Shown here: positions 19,784 to 24,000 of the stretch, in pieces
Layout: the number at the start of each line of letters is the position of its first letter
How positions within the stretch are numbered: position 1 is the first letter of the stretch
Origin: an uncultured Nitrosomonadales bacterium
GTDB lineage: Bacteria; Pseudomonadota; Gammaproteobacteria; Burkholderiales; Gallionellaceae
DNA: 24,000 nucleotides
Direction: 5' to 3'
NCBI GenBank assembly: GCA_947085835.1
Contig: CAMTXT010000006.1
Location: forward strand, 129,477 to 153,476
Notes under the pieces: generated by a model
Told to the model about the DNA's origin: nothing
Databases searched by the model: none
What the model saw: only the letters and a program-made list of their open reading frames with translations
Made by a program: the position numbers and the translations under genes

Positions 19784-19936
19784 TTAACCCTGCCTGCTTA
19801 ATGTTGGCATCGCGTAGCGATTTCCTTGTCCCTCTCTCACGCTTGCGGGAGATAACCAGCGACTTACCCGCTTGCGGGCTTAGTCGATTGGCTAGTAGTT
19901 CCATCAGAGCTAGGTGAGAGGGCGCAGCAGGGTTAA
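19784..19936. repeat. 153-bp element bounded by terminal inverted repeats, between convergent genes (MITE/REP-like or a large bidirectional terminator structure)
   Basis: ttaaccctgc (19784-19793) pairs perfectly with gcagggttaa (19927-19936), extendable to 13 bp with one bulge. An inner inverted repeat pairs ctctcac (19834-19840) with gtgagag (19914-19920). An internal 10-nt direct repeat, cgcttgcggg, occurs at 19840-19849 and 19869-19878. Confidence 0.45.
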
Positions 19937-19941
19937 TCTGA

Positions 19942-20505
19942 TTATTTGGCGGTTGCAGAGCGATCCTTTGGCATCATTCCCTGCGGCATGTTGCCCTGCA
20001 TGTCGTGCTTGAATTGGCGGCGTTCCTCCGGAGACATTTGCTCGAAGCGTTCGCGCATTTTCTTCCTGCGGGCGGCGCGTTCTTCAGGCGGCATGCTGTT
20101 CCAGTGTTTCTGCATCTCCTTGTGGTGCTCGGCGCGTTCTTCGGGCGTCATCTTTTCCCAATGTTCGCGCATTTCACGGCGCCGCGCCGCGCGTTGCTCC
20201 GGGGTCATGCTGTCCCACGCTTTGCGCATTTCCTCGTGATGCCTGGCGCGCTCTTCCGGCGATAGCTTCTTCATATACGCGTGCATCTCACGGCGTTTTT
20301 CGGCGCGTTGCTCCGGCGTCAGTTTCTGCATTTCCTGATGCATCGCTTCACGTTCTGTTGCCCGCTCCTCTGGGCTCATGGTTTTCATGCGTTCCATGCG
20401 TTCCTGCATGCCGGGTTTGGCTGTCGGCTCGTCAGCGGCCATTGCGTTCAGGCTGAATGAAGCGATGATGCCGGCTGCGATCAATATTTTAATGATTGAG
20501 TTCAT
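19942..20505 (-). CDS. Periplasmic repeat protein: signal peptide plus seven 19-aa His/Met/Arg/Glu-rich LTPEQ-type repeats (CpxP/Spy/ZraP-like motif, different architecture)
   Basis: I chose the ATG at 20505 with AGGA upstream; the tracked upstream start at 20622 adds an implausible extension. The signal peptide is MNSIIKILIAAGIIASFSLNAMA|AD. The repeats are MSPEERATEREAMHQEMQK, LTPEQRAEKRREMHAYMKK, LSPEERARHHEEMRKAWDS, MTPEQRAARRREMREHWEK, MTPEERAEHHKEMQKHWNS, MPPEERAARRKKMRERFEQ and MSPEERRQFKHDMQGNMPQ. Confidence 0.85.
   Translation of the reverse strand: MNSIIKILIAAGIIASFSLNAMAADEPTAKPGMQERMERMKTMSPEERATEREAMHQEMQKLTPEQRAEKRREMHAYMKKLSPEERARHHEEMRKAWDSMTPEQRAARRREMREHWEKMTPEERAEHHKEMQKHWNSMPPEERAARRKKMRERFEQMSPEERRQFKHDMQGNMPQGMMPKDRSATAK
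19981..20379 (-). repeat. Seven head-to-tail 57-nt coding repeats (the 19-aa units of the repeat protein)
   Basis: The exact 19-codon periodicity shows in the translation from aa 43 to aa 175. At the DNA level the motif gcgcgttcttc / gcgcgttgctc / gcgcgctcttc (antisense of PEERA / PEQRA) recurs at that spacing. Confidence 0.9.
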
Positions 20506-20601
20506 GATGTATTCCTGACAATTGATCATACCTGATGCGACTGGTAGCGTTGGATGCATAGTAGACGTTAAACGTAAGCGAAGTGTTATTGTCGAAGCCG
20601 A

Positions 20602-20621
20602 CTTTGTAACAATTTGTTTCA
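20602..20621 (-). promoter_or_regulatory. Candidate OmpR-family binding site: two head-to-tail 10-bp half-sites
   Basis: The minus strand reads TGAAACAAAT TGTTACAAAG. GAAAC and GTTAC cores sit exactly 10 bp apart, as in E. coli OmpR sites. The site is in the 166-bp gap between the repeat-protein gene and ompR, about 97-116 nt upstream of the repeat-protein ATG. Confidence 0.35.
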
Positions 20622-20671
20622 ATCGTCAATGCGCCATCTGTAATCCGCAGCCTTCTGTGTATCATGCTGGC

Positions 20672-21391
20672 ATGAACAATACACAACGCATTCTGATTAT
20701 TGACGACGACGCGCGGCTGCGCGAATTGCTGCTGCGTTATCTCGGCGAACAAGGATTCAGCGTCAAAGCCGTGGGCGATGGCAGTGCGCTGGACAAGGCC
20801 TTGTTGCTCAATCGCTATGCACTGCTGGTGCTGGATTTGATGTTGCCCGGTGAAGACGGACTGGCGATATTGCGCCGTCTGCGTGCGGCAGGCGAGAGTG
20901 TGCCGGTAATTCTGCTGACCGCTCGTGGAGACGAGATCGACCGCATCATCGGACTGGAAATGGGTGCGGACGATTATCTGCCGAAACCGTTCAATCCGCG
21001 CGAGCTGGTCGCACGTATCCAGGCCGTGCTGCGGCGCAAGGGTACACAGGCGATAGGCGCGCCGGAGGTCGAGGAGAGGACGGTTGTTTTCAGCGATTGT
21101 GAGCTGAATATGGCCACGCGGCAGCTTGTCAAGGCGGGCGTGCCGGTCGTGCTGACCACCGGAGAATTTGCGCTGCTTAAAGTGCTGGTCACACATCCGC
21201 GTATTCCCTTGTCCCGCGACAAGCTGATGGCACTGGCGCGCGGCCGCGACCACGATCCGTTCGACCGTGCGATAGACGTGCAAGTCTCACGCCTGCGCAA
21301 ACTGATCGAAGCCGATTCGGCCCACCCGCGTTTCATCCAGACAGTATGGGGGCACGGTTATGTTTTCGTGCCTGACGGGACAAAGTCTTGA
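20672..21391 (+). CDS. ompR: OmpR-family response regulator, close to E. coli OmpR
   Basis: I chose the ATG at 20672. The sequence MNNTQRILIIDDDARLRELLLRYLGEQGF...LDLMLPGEDGL...GADDYLPKPFNPRELVARIQAVLRR aligns nearly residue for residue with the E. coli OmpR receiver domain. A winged-helix C-terminus follows (RFIQTVWGHGYVF). Confidence 0.95.
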   Translation: MNNTQRILIIDDDARLRELLLRYLGEQGFSVKAVGDGSALDKALLLNRYALLVLDLMLPGEDGLAILRRLRAAGESVPVILLTARGDEIDRIIGLEMGADDYLPKPFNPRELVARIQAVLRRKGTQAIGAPEVEERTVVFSDCELNMATRQLVKAGVPVVLTTGEFALLKVLVTHPRIPLSRDKLMALARGRDHDPFDRAIDVQVSRLRKLIEADSAHPRFIQTVWGHGYVFVPDGTKS

Positions 21392-22686
21392 AACACTTGT
21401 TGCCCGGCTCGCTGCTGGCGCGTGCCTTCTTGCTGATCGTTGTGTTGATCCTGGTATCGATGGCCGCATCCCTTGCCATTTTTCGTCATGCGGAGCAGGA
21501 ACCGCATGCCCGGCAGATGGCGCAATTGGTGGTGTCGGTGGTGAATCTCACCCGCGCCGCCGTCATGTCAGCAGCCCCCGAATGGCGCGGTGCATTGCTG
21601 GCAGAATTGGCCGATTCTGAAGGGTTGCGCGTGCATATTGCGGAGATCAGCGATGTGCTGGAGCCGTTGCCGGATCAGCCGCCGGAATTGGCTATGATGG
21701 TCGAAAAAGTGCGTCACAGACTGGGCGATGACACCCGATTCGCCGAAAAGCGCAACGGCGTCGAAGCCCTGTGGGTGAGCTTCTATATCGGTTACGACGA
21801 ATATTGGGTCGCCCTGCCGCGCGAGCACATCGAACATCCTGTATCGCAGGTGTTGCTGGTGTGGGGCGGCAGCGTGTTGTTGCTGGCTTTGTTGGGTGCG
21901 TACTTCATCGCGCGCCAGGTAGCGCAGCCGCTGAAGCAATTGGCACGTGCGGCCAGGGAAGTGGGGCAGGGCCAGATGCCTGTTCCGCTCCCTGAACAAG
22001 GGGTGCGGGAGATGATCGCGGTATCTGTCGCGTTCAATCAGATGTCCGCCGACCTGGCGGCCAATGAACGCGAACGCGCGCAGGTGCTGGCTGGCATCTC
22101 GCATGACTTGCGCACCCCGCTGGCACGGGTGCGGATAGCCGCCGAACTGAGCCTGGATGAGTCGCTTCGAGAAGGATTGGTCAATGATGTGGAACAGATG
22201 GATGCGGTAATCCGGCAATTTCTCGACTACGCTCGCCTCGATGAAAGTGAAGCCACTGTTCCGACTGATCTGCAGGCTCTGGTCAGCGAGGTGGCGCAGC
22301 GTTTTGTTTCTGCTGCACAGTCTGTCAGTCTCGAGTTGCAGCCCGTGCCGGCGCTTGCCGTCCGGCCTTTGCTGCTGAAGCGCGCGCTTGCCAACTTGCT
22401 GGATAACGCCATCAAATATGGTGGCGGGGACATCACCGTGCAACTCGATCAGCGGGATGGCAAAATCGTGCTGGCGGTAATGGACCGGGGGGCGGGCATA
22501 CCCGAATGGAGGCGTAAAGCCGTCAAAAGACCGTTCATCCGGCTGGATGCCGCGCGCAGCGATGTGACAGGGTCCGGGCTTGGCCTGGCGATTGTCGAAC
22601 GCGCCGCACGCCTGCATCATGGCGCGTTCGAATTGGACGAACATGCCGGGGGCGGGCTGGTGGCCAGGTTGATTCTGCCGCAGTAG
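21388..22686 (+). CDS. envZ: EnvZ-like sensor histidine kinase
   Basis: A TTG start overlaps the ompR stop (TTGA). The product has two TM segments flanking a periplasmic region, a HAMP-like linker, an H-box (AGISHDLRTPLARVRIAAEL), an N-box (LLDNAIKYG) and a G-box (GSGLGLAIV). Confidence 0.9.
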   Translation: MKHLLPGSLLARAFLLIVVLILVSMAASLAIFRHAEQEPHARQMAQLVVSVVNLTRAAVMSAAPEWRGALLAELADSEGLRVHIAEISDVLEPLPDQPPELAMMVEKVRHRLGDDTRFAEKRNGVEALWVSFYIGYDEYWVALPREHIEHPVSQVLLVWGGSVLLLALLGAYFIARQVAQPLKQLARAAREVGQGQMPVPLPEQGVREMIAVSVAFNQMSADLAANERERAQVLAGISHDLRTPLARVRIAAELSLDESLREGLVNDVEQMDAVIRQFLDYARLDESEATVPTDLQALVSEVAQRFVSAAQSVSLELQPVPALAVRPLLLKRALANLLDNAIKYGGGDITVQLDQRDGKIVLAVMDRGAGIPEWRRKAVKRPFIRLDAARSDVTGSGLGLAIVERAARLHHGAFELDEHAGGGLVARLILPQ

Positions 22687-22734
22687 GTCTGGATTTATCC
22701 AGATATTGGTATCAAGGCTATTTGGTGATAGGCC

Positions 22735-22849
22735 TAAGGAGCCGCTGATTTATTCGTCTTCCCCGCAAAAGCGGGGAACCAGTGCCTTTATTTAACTGGA
22801 TTCCCGCCTACGCGGGAATGACAAAACCGAATAAATCAGCGACTCCCTA
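22735..22849. repeat. 115-bp nested-palindrome element (MITE/REP-like) just downstream of envZ
   Basis: The outer inverted repeat pairs taaggagccgctgatttattcg (22735-22756) with cgaataaatcagcgactcccta (22828-22849), matching at 20 of 22 positions. Inside are two 8-bp-stem hairpins, TTCCCCGC-aaaa-GCGGGGAA (22759-22778) and ATTCCCGC-ctac-GCGGGAAT (22800-22819). Confidence 0.6.
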
Positions 22850-22933
22850 ACACATTTTTTTATTAGTATTATTTTTCTGTAATTCCACCTTCTGCCGGAA
22901 ACGCCTTGGCGAAAGCCTGAATCACCTCGCGCA

Positions 22934-23047
22934 CTACCTTGCGTTGTGGGGCGGGAAGGCTAAGAAACGCCTCAAAGCCTTGGGCGACTGTTTGGCGTCA
23001 TCTTGCGCGATATAGCGAACGAGTACGTTGGTGTCCAGTCCGATCAT
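22934..23047 (-). pseudogene. Truncated PIN-domain (VapC-type) toxin gene, 37 codons
   Basis: Its ATG overlaps the antitoxin stop (ATGA at 23044-23047). The N-terminus MIGLDTNVLVRYIAQDDAKQSPKA is a typical PIN/VapC start with the first acidic residue. The frame stops at TAG 22934-22936 after 37 codons. About 130 are expected, and there is no room for the rest before the element at 22849. Confidence 0.55.
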
Positions 23048-23286
23048 TTCGCTTCTGCACCTTGTGATGCGATGGCTTCGTTCATCTGCTCAATAGTGAC
23101 GGTTGAAGCTGGTTTGCTAACCAGTCCTTTCAGTGCTTTCACGGATCGCGTAGCGGCCACCAATTCAAAATGTCCGGGCTCAATCTGGACAAACTCCAAA
23201 CGGTCTCCCGTGACGACACCGAGTGCGGCACGCACGATGGCGGGGATGGTGATCTGACCTTTACTGCTCATGGTCGCCGTTGACAT
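23044..23286 (-). CDS. AbrB/MazE/SpoVT-type antitoxin (VapB-like)
   Basis: The ORF is 80 aa. Its N-terminus has the swapped-hairpin motif SSKGQITIPAIVRAALGVVTGDRLEF. GGAG lies 6 nt upstream of the ATG, and the downstream PIN remnant is overlap-coupled to it. Confidence 0.8.
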   Translation of the reverse strand: MSTATMSSKGQITIPAIVRAALGVVTGDRLEFVQIEPGHFELVAATRSVKALKGLVSKPASTVTIEQMNEAIASQGAEAK

Positions 23287-23307
23287 AAGTAACTCCTTTT
23301 TGAATTT

Positions 23308-23341
23308 TCCTTACTTTATAGTAAAGGATTGTGAGAATCAA
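23308..23341 (-). promoter_or_regulatory. Candidate promoter with an overlapping imperfect inverted repeat (possible autoregulatory operator) for the antitoxin gene
   Basis: The minus strand reads TTGATT (23341-23336), then a 15-nt spacer, then TATAAA (23320-23315). The imperfect palindrome tccttac-tttata-gtaaagga (23308-23328) spans the -10. The spacer is short, so this is tentative. Confidence 0.35.
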
Positions 23342-23455
23342 GAAGCAGACATTCTGGCATCGGGTGCAAAATAAATTGGAGAATTTCGATGGGGCTGACG
23401 CAGAAGGCTTAAAACCCGTAAAATGCGCTCCTTTGCAATTGCACAAAATCACACG

Positions 23456-24000
23456 ATGTTAACCTTTGGTTCCAATATCACGCCCGCAAGCGGGCATGGG
23501 TCTTCACCGAAACTCAGCCAGGGGCTGAGTTTTCAGCAAATCATCCTGACACTACAGAATTATTGGGACAAACAGGGTTGCGCGCTGCTGCAACCGTATG
23601 ACATGGAAGTCGGCGCGGGCACCTCGCATACCGCCACTTTTTTGCGCGCATTAGGCCCTGAGCCCTGGCGCGCGGCTTATGTGCAGCCTTCACGCCGTCC
23701 GAAGGATGGCCGCTACGGCGAAAATCCGAACCGGTTGCAGCATTACTACCAGTTTCAGATCGTGCTGAAACCGGCGCCTGCCAATATTCTTGAACTGTAT
23801 CTGGGCTCACTGGAGGCGCTGGGCTTCGATCTCAAGCAGAACGACATCCGCTTCGTCGAAGACGACTGGGAAAATCCGACGCTGGGCGCGTGGGGGCTGG
23901 GCTGGGAAGTCTGGCTGAACGGCATGGAAGTCACTCAGTTCACCTATTTTCAGCAGGTCGGCGGCATCGACTGCAAGCCGATCACCGGTGAGATCACCTA
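23456..24000 (+). CDS. glyQ: Glycine--tRNA ligase alpha subunit, N-terminal ~181 codons (3' end outside the window)
   Basis: [76 protein letters not shown]...[25 protein letters not shown] aligns nearly residue for residue with E. coli GlyQ. The only in-frame ATG/GTG/TTG start upstream of that core is the ATG at 23456. Confidence 0.95.
   Translation, partial: MLTFGSNITPASGHGSSPKLSQGLSFQQIILTLQNYWDKQGCALLQPYDMEVGAGTSHTATFLRALGPEPWRAAYVQPSRRPKDGRYGENPNRLQHYYQFQIVLKPAPANILELYLGSLEALGFDLKQNDIRFVEDDWENPTLGAWGLGWEVWLNGMEVTQFTYFQQVGGIDCKPITGEIT
23468..23533 (+). repeat. 66-nt double-hairpin element lying inside the glyQ reading frame (codons 5-26)
   Basis: Hairpin 1 is gcccgc-aa-gcgggc (23482-23495). 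Hairpin 2 is ctcagcc-agg-ggctgag (23513-23529). The segment is flanked by ttt on both sides (23465-23467 and 23531-23533). Its length is 22 codons exactly. Confidence 0.5.

Noticed and set aside
19981-20379. Regular ~57-nt periodicity that could superficially suggest a CRISPR-like array
   Set aside because: The units are contiguous with no unique spacers. They lie in one long ORF and translate to a 19-aa protein repeat, so this is a coding tandem repeat, not a CRISPR array.
21568-22644. 358-aa minus-strand ORF opposite envZ, and the 264-aa ORF 20489-21283 opposite ompR
   Set aside because: They are antisense shadows of the clearly identified EnvZ and OmpR frames. Their translations are His/Arg/Gln-rich nonsense.
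22688-22703. Small hairpin tctgga-ttta-tccaga right after the envZ stop, as a possible terminator
   Set aside because: The stem is only 6 bp with two G:C pairs, and no U-run follows. The larger palindromic element at 22735-22849 is a more likely 3'-end structure.
23541-23810. 89-aa minus-strand ORF, and the 63-aa ORF at 23261-23452
   Set aside because: The first is antisense to the highly conserved GlyQ frame. The second spans the antitoxin promoter and glyQ upstream region, overlaps the antitoxin start, and has no SD or motif.

Overview
This is a chromosomal segment whose proteins look betaproteobacterial (inferred from protein sequences only). About 28 protein genes are tightly packed and mostly housekeeping. 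In order they are: glmM (3' end), clpS-clpA, a cold-shock protein, monomeric isocitrate dehydrogenase, rluE, tcdA and djlA. Next comes a seven-gene minus-strand array (bcp, PIN-PhoH ATPase, msrB, yciB, yciI, bolA, parvulin PPIase), then an HD-GYP protein, ompR-envZ and glyQ (5' end). No rRNA, tRNA or CRISPR array was found. Four irregular areas stand out. (1) 8.1-10.4 kb is a lower-GC islet that encodes a 586-aa secreted orphan protein with a glycine-zipper-like hydrophobic core, plus a 98-aa membrane protein. (2) 17.8-19.8 kb is a lower-GC patch holding a nonsense-interrupted VOC-family remnant, small membrane and lipoprotein ORFs, and a 60-aa Cys4 protein. (3) At 19.9-22.7 kb a periplasmic protein made of seven 19-aa His/Met-rich LTPEQ-type repeats is transcribed divergently from ompR-envZ, and tandem OmpR-type half-sites lie in the shared control region. 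This is my best candidate for an undescribed CpxP/CpxRA-style envelope or metal-stress module. (4) At 22.7-23.5 kb there are palindromic REP/MITE-like elements, an AbrB-type antitoxin whose PIN toxin is cut to 37 codons, and a 66-nt double-hairpin element that seems to sit in frame inside the start of glyQ. All functional calls rest on reading the translations and on recalled family motifs. No database search was run.
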